Origin: an uncultured virus (IMG/VR IMGVR_UViG_3300042385_000739)
Taxonomy: Duplodnaviria > Heunggongvirae > Uroviricota > Caudoviricetes
Reading direction: 5' to 3' (one strand)
DNA: 64,000 nt
Virus record (IMG/VR): IMGVR_UViG_3300042385_000739
Coordinates: 1-64,000 of that record
Part shown: positions 31,501 to 36,553 of the stretch, piece by piece
Layout: each line of letters opens with the position of its first letter
Position numbering within the stretch: the first letter of the stretch is position 1
Notes under the pieces: generated by a model
What the model was told of the DNA's origin: nothing
Seen by the model: the letters and a program-made list of their open reading frames with translations, nothing else
The model's database searches: none
Program-made: the position numbers and the translations under genes

Positions 31501-32664
31501 CCAAACCCATAATGCACCGTTTGTGTCTATGGCAGCAACGTTATCCTGACTAACCGCACCGTTAGTTATTACTTTACTCCAAATAGTAGCGGTACCAACT
31601 TGTACTGGACTACTTCTATTAATAATGTTATTTGATCCCAACTGCCCGGCTGCATTATACCCCCATGACCACAAAGTATTGTCTGCTCGTATTGCAAGTG
31701 TAGCAAATCCGTTAGCAGATACGCTAGACCAACTGCTAGTACCAACTTGTACTGGGCTACTACGTCTAACAATATCATTTAATCCCAAATTACCATAAGT
31801 ATTAAGTCCCCAAGCAAATAATGCACCATCATTTCTTATAGCAAACATTGACCATGCGGCACCATACGATACTGCTGTCCAACTAAGTTGTGTAGTAGCT
31901 ATACTAGATACATATGACTGTTGGATTTGAACTGAAGTTAATGAACCAGTTAAGGTAGGGCTTGAAAGATTATTTGTATTATTATTACCTCCTTGCCCTT
32001 GACCAGCACTACCCCATACCCACAGTGTACTATCAGAACGTAGTGCTGTGCGTGTTGTTCCGCCACTTCCGCCTAATGCAGACCAAGTACTTGTACCAAT
32101 TTGTACTGGACTACTGCGATGTACTGTGTCATTAAGGCCCAATTGTCCTTGGCTATTAATACCACCGATAGCCCACATTGTACCATCAGATTCTATACCT
32201 ATAGTATTTCCGGCCAGTACTTGAGTCCAACTGTTTGCCGCCCAAGATGATAACATACTATTATTACCAAGTTGACCGTTAAACCCTAATCCCCAAGCAA
32301 ACATTAATCCATCATTATTAATAGCATAAGAAGTATCACCGTTAGTACTAACCGCACTCCAATTATTAACACCTATCTGTACTGGGCTACTACGATGTGC
32401 TAATGTAAGATCATTATTGCCTAATTGACCATATGTATTGGCGCCCCATCCAAATAGTTTACCGTCACTACGAATACCTATAGTATGACTTAATCCACTT
32501 GCAACTTGGCTCCATGATTGTGTACCGATTAATACTGGACTAGATTTAAAAACTGTATTTTCTGTTCCGAGTTGACCCCAAGTGTTGTCACCGAACATAT
32601 ATAATGATTCAATATCACCGCCGGTTGATGGTTGGACTGTTAATAACCATTTTTCTAATAACAT
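19510..32664 (-). CDS. Giant RCC1/BLIP-II repeat beta-propeller protein, 4384 aa, 84 blades (12 x 7); putative virion adhesin
   Basis: About 50-aa repeats W-x-x-V-S-A-G...AIRSDG-x-L-F/W-x-WG-x-N-x-x-GQLG...RSSPVQIGTSS; 84 blades counted by hand. Confidence 0.9.
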   Translation of the reverse strand: MLLEKWLLTVQPSTGGDIESLYMFGDNTWGQLGTENTVFKSSPVLIGTQSWSQVASGLSHTIGIRSDGKLFGWGANTYGQLGNNDLTLAHRSSPVQIGVNNWSAVSTNGDTSYAINNDGLMFAWGLGFNGQLGNNSMLSSWAANSWTQVLAGNTIGIESDGTMWAIGGINSQGQLGLNDTVHRSSPVQIGTSTWSALGGSGGTTRTALRSDSTLWVWGSAGQGQGGNNNTNNLSSPTLTGSLTSVQIQQSYVSSIATTQLSWTAVSYGAAWSMFAIRNDGALFAWGLNTYGNLGLNDIVRRSSPVQVGTSSWSSVSANGFATLAIRADNTLWSWGYNAAGQLGSNNIINRSSPVQVGTATIWSKVITNGAVSQDNVAAIDTNGALWVWGNNTNGQLGLNDVGVHRSSPVQLGTSSWTMVSAGSGMTAAITTTGNLFTWGVNTNGQLGDTTLVAKSSPIQIGTSSWTMVTSGTSVTMGITTDGALYSWGTGTYLGEGLGINKSSPVQITSIRTSAQQQTYLTTIGVTPLSWTTVANLTFTTGSNTRLALRSDGLLFSWGQNTIGQLGLNDLVHRSSPVQIGTSSWAAIAGGTSYAAAIKIDGTLWTWGRNDEGSLGQNNQIHRSSPVQVGTDTDWIKLASGSSIGPMAAIKSGGGLWAWGANTVGQLGLNDAVNRSSPVQVGSSSWTMVASGTNFGTNLAAIRTDGALFIWGDNTLGQLGFNDAVARSSPVQLGTSSWTMVALGGSFTGAISSNGALFTWGANGSGQLGAASSVHRSSPVQVGTNTWNYVNSWTSTMYGIRNDGALFAWGLNTNGELGDNTTANKNSPVLIGSSSWTFVNGATAIDSNGVLFTWAGNTQGGVGDNTILQRSSPVFIRAGIFDSWTYVSSGTDEYGAVRSDGLLFRWGYNGFGALGGNPGNQSLPLQVTTSSWTIVPAGSSGGMGITSAGQLYTWGIGTDGQIGDGNMVTMSTPVFIRSMNDSWTSIGEGSFNSNHVAGIRNDNTLWLWGLGTSGQLGQNNVINRSQPIQLGKDLLSWTYLSGSSMPVDGTQTAAGIRSDGSLWSWGSNTYGQLGTNNQIHRSSPVQIGTSSWTMVSAGQGFLFAIRSSDKSLWSWGTDNSLGALGANVSGLLRSSPVQVGTSSWNMVSAGRLTPIAIRIDGTLWAWGFNNSGQIGDNTVVARSSPVQIGNLLWTSAVSGLDSSSYGIRLDGTLWSWGKNTVGELGENDGINRSSPVQIGTGSWKQLAAGFGNAFSIDTNNYLWSWGLNSQGQLGLNDTVHRSSPVQVGTSSWIMVSAGQSGDIGNAYVVSAIRSDGALFTWGNNTYGGLGDNSIVNKSSPVQIGSSSWTMVAGRMGIIQDYTNGNGYLYAWGGNTVGELGINSVVDTSSPVQVNATINTWYQVAQGDTFTAAIRNDKTLWSWGNNDVGQLGDNTVILKSSPVQVGTSSWTMISTGSTHTLALTMDNVLYGWGNNDNGQLGTGNAPGTILLPVIISSLITLADEIAWSTSTGKPRTLSWTTVTAGASTSFAIRSDSKLFAWGTNSIGQLGLNDILHRSSPVQIGTSNWSGIAAGISHTYAIRSDGLLFVWGGNFNGQLGLNDLVHRSSPVQLGTSSWSVVPSNSTTNATSTFAITLDGKLYGWGVNGSGNLGVNDIIARSSPVQVGTGNSWTLVTANGNSTFAIRTDSKLFAWGLNTAGELGIGDSISRSSPVQLGTSNWNIVATQASGTTAGIMANNTLYTWGSGSGGALGDRTVVARNSPVQIVSFSSPAEQQAYLTKTSKTGYSWSTVVNTNNTMFAIRNDGLLFAWGNNINGALGLNDIVHRSSPVQVGTNSWLTVSAGASFTAAIRSDNTLWTWGVNTAGTVGDGTQAHRSSPVQVGTSSWTAVATGPFNTTGGTVLAVRSDGTLWSWGANDVGQLGLNTVVARSSPVQIGTENTWSKVYSANNRSNAIRTTGALYAWGVNTFGQLGDGTALNRSSPVQIGSSSWTAVASGLSWTVAILSDGSLFTWGAGTSGVLGTPDSTQHRSSPVQIGTSSWSVVTAGGTVTAGISGNLLYMWGSGANAQFGNNSLVNTYFSPTLTTGTSSWTTVNAGSAIVALDANGQMFTWGTTAGGDGVIGNGVVAGRSSPVFIRSVADSWTAIGTVVAGLSGIRSDGLLFAWGNNTAGSLGDGTTVAKSFPVQIGANSWTMVTGYTNILGITAADTGNALFTWGLGTSGELGILGITSRSSPVFIRSMNDSWISVGAGQSLSSAIRSDGKLFTWGINTTFGQLGDNSTTSKSYPTQIGNNSDWASVSAAGSGITNAITTTGIAYIWGNNTNGALGLAFNPTTISGSWLEHRSSPVQVGATPYSNSPTQIGASSWSQVSAGISHVLAISSTNKLFAWGNNSSYQVNNEGLHRSSPVQLGTSSWSQISAGNVHSLAIASDNTLYGWGLQYQQWPYNPTLSPTNFILPVNSPTSWSILTGQNLRFTGIRSDGSLWTWGANESGQLGLSDIFHRSSPVQVGSSSWIQVNSETSWTTAIRSDGTLWAWGNNTDGYLGLNDLVHRSSPVQIGTDTTWSKVGGLGAIRNDGSLWTWGLGTSGQLGDSTILSRSSPVQIGTSSWTLINSKAATTMAGIRSDGLLFTWGINGIGGLGLNDTVNKSSPTQVGSIYSLAQQNSYLTATGTTTFSWSVISSGGVNGMTAAIRNDGALFTWGTNNNGGVGDNTIIHRSSPVQIGTSSWTQVAVGDFSTYAIRNDGALFVWGLNTSGQLGTTDVLPRSSPVQIGTSSWTSVAAGISTVTAIRLGGALFAWGINASGQLGLGDLVARSSPVQVGTSSWTQVSTNGAITAALRSDGGLFTWGINTNGQLGDNTVVSKSSPVKLGAGSWSQIAVGYSHMVGLLNNNTLWSWGINTNGGLGLTNVLPRSSPVQIGTSSWTSVNAGNQYSVAIRSDNTLWGWGLNTNGQLGDSTAISRSSPVQIGTSTWYKVSGLYINTAAIDNTSRQLFVWGQNAVGAIGNNTVTQSTSPVFIRTANESWSQVSMNVNTAAAIRSDSLLFVWGQNANGQLGLGDLVHRSSATQLGTSSWSQITVGQSHMVGLTSTKLLYTWGGNGSGELGINSVVATSSPTLVSLSSWSIIGTGSTNSYGVLDGNLLFYGWGSGASYGAIGDNTVVSKSSPVQIASYQPMPTQITGDTWSKISAGYSHNVGIKTNNKLYGWGNPAANTFTAYSWTALSSSAGHFAGIRSDGALFTWGNNAVGNLGDDTILHRSSPVQIGTSSWTTVSAGGITAGTDFTTLALTADNVLYGWGAGASGQLGQLFVANKSSPVQISSFTNNTLQSTYLTATGKTGFSWTKINAGGSIGSSAAIRSDGALFTWGINSFGQLGQNSTVNTNSPIQLGTTSWSQISIGNNAMYAIRNDNTLWSWGLNTIGQLGQNDLVHRSSPVQVGTSSWTIVSGSVATGTLVSTLACVGAIRSDGALFTWGNNNAGQLGDGTILHRSSPVQVGTSSWTKVSAGDVSVYAIRLDGALFSWGDNTSGQLGSTTIVPRSSPVQIGTSSWSSVSAGLSYAMAIRTNSTLWSWGINANGQLGDNTILPRSSPVQIGTSSWSVISTGFATTTALRLDNTLWSWGINTNGQLGDNTILPRSSPVQIGTSSWSQVSIGTSPGVTMALTYTDNQLFIWGQNNNGQLGLSESLGARSSPVFIRSINESWNAVSSGGTTSYGIRIDNLLFAWGLNASGQIGDTTIISRSAPVQIGASSWAQISAGVTFVGGITSDNRLFTWGINTTGQLGDTTVLSRSSPVQVGTSWNIVSAGQSSTSAINTNNLLYVWGGNASGQLGDRSIANRSSPVQVNSFTSAEIQQTYLTTTSKPAALSWNTISTGLSTSAAIRSDGALFMWGLGTSGQLGLNDTISRSSPVQIGTSSWTAVGLFTTSTVAIRIDGGLFTWGDNASGQLASNNLVHRSSPVQVGTSSWTTVSSSTGLANFMALDATNKLWAWGINTNGELAQNDTVSRSSPVQIGVGTVWTSISKNTSRGAIRSDGALFMWGLGTNGQIGDNAILSRSSPVQIGTNSWSIISAGSVATAAITSDGLLYVWGNNASGQLGTNDVILRSSPVQLGTISWTSVSSGVNYMAGVRSDNLLFTWGLGTSGQLGDSTIISKSSPIQIGTSSWAMVSAGGLFTIGLDQLYGLYTWGTNTNGELGINSVTSALSPIFLPTATDSWTITSTTGASQFAIRSDGYLFTWGNNANGQLGLLDILSRSAPVQLGTSIYTNLNKGGSNINSSMATRNDNKLYVWGLNTSGQLGLNDRISKSSPVQLGTNQAYTPPNMYSVPTQIGTSSWTQVSANFNSTFVIDPNNVLYEWGFNDNRPLIPAITSVGYSAVTVSNGFNHFGFTK

Positions 32665-32667
32665 ATT

Positions 32668-33177
32668 TTAACCACCAAACATAGGCCAAATAATATTAAA
32701 AGGATCTGTCTGCGTAGTAATATCTGCTAATGCTTGCATATATGCATCCATTAATGTTAAATCATCTACAGTGGGTTCACCTAATCTAAGTTGTCTATCA
32801 TATCGAGTGTATCGCCATTCAAAATCTTTCATCTTTGTATCACGTTCACCTCTTATCAAATTCCATTGATCTCTAGTACGTAGTTCTTGTTGTAGCTGTA
32901 TATCTTCAGGCGAGGGTTCGTATATCACTGATTTAGGTAGCTCAATAATATCCATTGTTTCATACGCAACACCATCAGTAAAATACTGTCTAGGATTATC
33001 TATTTTTTGTGTTTCTGGATTATATTCAGGGTATGCTTTTACTAATGTATACCAACCAAATGATAAACGTTCTTCTTCTGTAAGTGCATAAAAATTACTG
33101 ATATTTTTCCAATTATTTGGAATAAGGTCGTATACACCTTCTATATTACCGTCAACAATATGAGCATAATTAGCCAT
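32668..33177 (-). CDS. Tail fibre assembly chaperone-like protein
   Basis: C-terminal W..IR.ERD....FEW...Y.QALADIT.Q.DPF.I.WP motif. Likely start ATG 33177 (TAATG overlap). Confidence 0.72.
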   Translation of the reverse strand: MANYAHIVDGNIEGVYDLIPNNWKNISNFYALTEEERLSFGWYTLVKAYPEYNPETQKIDNPRQYFTDGVAYETMDIIELPKSVIYEPSPEDIQLQQELRTRDQWNLIRGERDTKMKDFEWRYTRYDRQLRLGEPTVDDLTLMDAYMQALADITTQTDPFNIIWPMFGG

Positions 33178-33569
33178 TATAAATTTTGTCCTGAAACAAA
33201 TGCCTGCCAATTTATACCACCATCAGTAGTAAAAAAGGTGAATACATCTTCTTTGTTATTACTTGATGTTAATGTAGGAGCAGTTCCTCCTGGCCAGTGA
33301 AAGCTAGCAGGCCAAGTAACTGAACGAGCAGTACCATCAGCAGTGAAAACTAGTACAAATGAACTTGCTCTACCTGCTGATTGTATGTTAGAGAATGTGA
33401 TAGATGTGATGTTAGAATTTAAAGCGACATTGAATACAGTAGCGATGTTTAAATTTAGTGCTAAAACGCCGGCACTAATAGTAGCAGTCGCACTAACTTC
33501 TGCTGAATTGTTTGGTAAAAATACCTTATTGTCGTCAATTACGGTCGACCCGATTACTTTAATTGCCAT
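33177..33569 (-). CDS. Small beta-rich virion/fibre adaptor-like protein
   Basis: 130 aa with RSVTWP...WPGGTAPTLT...DVFTF.T.DGG.NW; AAGGAG RBS. Confidence 0.6.
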   Translation of the reverse strand: MAIKVIGSTVIDDNKVFLPNNSAEVSATATISAGVLALNLNIATVFNVALNSNITSITFSNIQSAGRASSFVLVFTADGTARSVTWPASFHWPGGTAPTLTSSNNKEDVFTFFTTDGGINWQAFVSGQNL

Positions 33570-33596
33570 CTTCGCTCCTTTGAACTCGGCTACTAC

Positions 33597-33604
33597 TATT
33601 TATC
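33597..33604 (-). promoter_or_regulatory. T4-like late promoter (GATAAATA)
   Basis: Overlaps the stop of the upstream fibre gene, 27 nt before ATG 33569. Confidence 0.5.
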
Positions 33605-36500
33605 TTTTTTTGAGAGCGTCTATATCCTCTTGCTGTTTTTTAACAGCCTCGATTAAGAATGCTATAATGGGTATATAGTTAACAGCTTTTTTACCTTGAC
33701 TATTAGTACTTACTAACTCTGGTAATATTTTTTCAACCATTTGCGCCATTAAACCATATGATTTTTTCTTACTGTCTGTCCAATTGAAACCCATACCAAA
33801 CAACTGTGACAATATTGACATTGGATCTGTGATTGATTGAGGGTTCTCTTTTAGTGTTGCGTCAGACAATGTGTTTAAATCCTGTACAGTTAATTGTCCT
33901 GTACTTGGAATAAACTGTAGTTTAGTTGTTGTTATACCAGCAGTTAATAACCCACCAGAAGTACTTGTTGCATATACAGGGTAAAAAGTTGAACCAGAAC
34001 TTGTATTATCAGTGATTATTGGAGTGGCTTGGGCCCAAGTTACATTTCCAGAACCATTTGTCTGTAAAAATTGATTAGCGGTCCCGTTAGCAATACGTAA
34101 GTTAGCTACTGCACCCAAGTTAATATTGCTTGAGTTTTGAAACTCAACTGTTGTCACGTTTGCAAAGTTAGCTACATTAGCAGTAAAGCTAATATTAGCC
34201 GTTGCATTGCTTACTGTTAAACCAGTTAGTGTACCAACACTTGTAATGTTTGGTTGACTTGATGCCCCTGATACAATTGTACCATAGAAGTAATTAGCAC
34301 TAATATAGTTAGCACCAATAATGTTACCGCCTGCGCCCGCACCAGCAATAATATTACCTGTAATATTAGCATTGCCTGCAACGTTTGCACCAGTGCTTGT
34401 AACAATCAATACATTAGCATTACCGCCAACGCCAACTGTTACATTTCCGTTAGCAGCCGGTATGCTTATGTTACTATTGCCATTACTGAATACACCTGTA
34501 AAATAATTTGCACTAATTAAGTTAGCACCTGTAATACTACCACCAGTACCAGATCCTGCACTAAGATTGCTAACTGCTACGTTACCGCTATAGTTTGCTG
34601 TATTACCAGTTAATAATCCCGACACAGTTAAACTTGATAATGTACCAACACTTGTAATATTTGGTTGTGAGGCTGTTGTTAATGTACCAGTAAATGTATT
34701 AGCACTAATATCATTAGCTCCGGATATATTGCTGCCTGTTAATGTTACATTACTACCAAATGCTACGTTGCCTGTAATATTAGCAGTACCATTAATATTT
34801 GCACCCGTGCTAGTTACAACTACAATGTTTGCGTTACCACCTACACTTGTAGTTACATTTCCACCGGCTGTCGCAATGTCAACAATACTTGTACCGTTAC
34901 TAATATATGCGGCGCCGCCACCGCCGCCAGCAGGAACCCAACTTAAGTTACCAGCACCGTCTGTTTGTAATACATAGCCATTAGTACCGCCCGTAATACG
35001 TACATTAGCAACTGTACCTAACGATACATTAGCACCGCTTAGTGCTACATTACCGGTAGTATTTAATGTACCGGCAACATTAACACCGGTGCCAGTAATT
35101 ACCATAATTGTATTGCCAACTGCAGTAAAATTAATATTACCATTTGCTGTAGGTATATTTACAGTACTATTACCATTTGCAATATTACTTCCGCCACCTC
35201 CTCCGGATTGTGCTACCCAACTTAATGTCCCTGAGCCATCTGTTTGTAATACATAACCACTAGTACCACCCGAGATATGCAAATTACTAACTGCGCCCAA
35301 TGTTACGTTAGCAGAGGTTGTAAAATCAACTATTCCTGTTGCGTTACTTACTGTTAAACCAGTCAACGAACCAACTGAAGTTATATTTGGTTGTGCCGCT
35401 GTTGTCAATGAACCAGATACTGTAGTAAAATAACCACCGGTAGCACCTATATTACCTGCGTTAGCATTACCCGTAGCATTTAATGTTCCTGCTACATTAG
35501 TACCAGTGCCAGTTACAATCATAATGTTTGCGTTACCGACTGCGCTAAATGTTATATTCCCGTTAGCAGAGGGAATATTTACATTACTATTGCCATTTGA
35601 CATACTTGCCGGGGTCACATCAACACCCGTTAAGAAAGCACCATTACCAATGAAGTATGGAGCATTAACATTACCAGTAATATTTGCATAGCCTGCAACG
35701 TTAACACCTGTACCGGTAATTTTCATTATATTAGCATTGCCAACCGCATTGAATGTGATATTCCCGTTAGCGGTTGGAATATTTACATTACTATTGCCAT
35801 TTGAAATATTAGCTGGGTTTGTGTCTACACCGGTTAAGAATGCACCATTACCGATGAAGTACGGGGCATTAATGTTACCAGTGACATTTGCATAGCCTGC
35901 AACGTTAACACCGGTACTCGTTACAACCATAATGTTTGCGGTACCGGCTACACTAGTAGTTACATTTCCACCTGAGGTTGCAATAGTTAAATTACTTGTT
36001 CCATTGACCACTCTACCGGCAGCATCTATTCCGGTCAACTGACTACCATTACCAATAAAGTAATTACCGGATATATTACCGGCAACATTAATACCGACAC
36101 CAGTAATAACCATTGTTGTGTTACCGGCAGCTGTTAGGTTAATATTTCCATTTGCACTTGGGATATTTACGTTACTATTGCCATTTGAGTGTGGTCCTAA
36201 TATATTACCAAATGAACCATTACCTGTTACGGTTACACTATATAATGTACCTAGTGAAGTAATATTTGGTTGTGCATTTGTATATACTGTACCTGAAATT
36301 AGAGCATTACCTACTTGTCCAGAGATGTTACCGGCTGGTAAACTTGTTAGATTTGCACCTGATCCGCTGAAGAAATTAGCTATTGCTAGATTACCCAAAT
36401 TAGCGTTTAATGAAGATAGGTTACCCGTAGCATTTACGTTATTGAACGTAAAATTTTCTGTTGAATCTATGACGTACGGTTCTATCTGTATTAAAGCCAT
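33600..36500 (-). CDS. Tail fibre-like protein with C-terminal intramolecular chaperone (peptidase S74) domain
   Basis: N/G/T/A-rich repeats; ends with LSDATLKEN...FNW...YGLMAQ.VE..LPELV...VNY..II..LIEAVK coiled coil. Confidence 0.85.
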   Translation of the reverse strand: MALIQIEPYVIDSTENFTFNNVNATGNLSSLNANLGNLAIANFFSGSGANLTSLPAGNISGQVGNALISGTVYTNAQPNITSLGTLYSVTVTGNGSFGNILGPHSNGNSNVNIPSANGNINLTAAGNTTMVITGVGINVAGNISGNYFIGNGSQLTGIDAAGRVVNGTSNLTIATSGGNVTTSVAGTANIMVVTSTGVNVAGYANVTGNINAPYFIGNGAFLTGVDTNPANISNGNSNVNIPTANGNITFNAVGNANIMKITGTGVNVAGYANITGNVNAPYFIGNGAFLTGVDVTPASMSNGNSNVNIPSANGNITFSAVGNANIMIVTGTGTNVAGTLNATGNANAGNIGATGGYFTTVSGSLTTAAQPNITSVGSLTGLTVSNATGIVDFTTSANVTLGAVSNLHISGGTSGYVLQTDGSGTLSWVAQSGGGGGSNIANGNSTVNIPTANGNINFTAVGNTIMVITGTGVNVAGTLNTTGNVALSGANVSLGTVANVRITGGTNGYVLQTDGAGNLSWVPAGGGGGAAYISNGTSIVDIATAGGNVTTSVGGNANIVVVTSTGANINGTANITGNVAFGSNVTLTGSNISGANDISANTFTGTLTTASQPNITSVGTLSSLTVSGLLTGNTANYSGNVAVSNLSAGSGTGGSITGANLISANYFTGVFSNGNSNISIPAANGNVTVGVGGNANVLIVTSTGANVAGNANITGNIIAGAGAGGNIIGANYISANYFYGTIVSGASSQPNITSVGTLTGLTVSNATANISFTANVANFANVTTVEFQNSSNINLGAVANLRIANGTANQFLQTNGSGNVTWAQATPIITDNTSSGSTFYPVYATSTSGGLLTAGITTTKLQFIPSTGQLTVQDLNTLSDATLKENPQSITDPMSILSQLFGMGFNWTDSKKKSYGLMAQMVEKILPELVSTNSQGKKAVNYIPIIAFLIEAVKKQQEDIDALKKR

Positions 36501-36519
36501 CTTTTATCCTGTTATACTA

Positions 36520-36527
36520 TATTTAGT
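36520..36527 (-). promoter_or_regulatory. T4-like late promoter (ACTAAATA)
   Basis: Intergenic, 19 nt before ATG 36500. Confidence 0.55.
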
Positions 36528-36553
36528 CTTTTTATTCATGGTATGTTATCTGT

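Noticed and set aside
19510..32664. Regularly spaced conserved DNA motif (ccaactacttgtaccaatttgtactggactact) resembling a CRISPR array
   Set aside because: The period is about 150 bp, repeats vary at synonymous positions and encode SSPVQIGTSSW within one open frame; no cas genes are present.
33570..33602. The S74 fibre gene and the next gene are in frame, with ten sense codons between (possible read-through)
   Set aside because: The stop is TAA, in-frame spacing has a one-in-three chance, and the downstream gene has its own RBS and promoter box.
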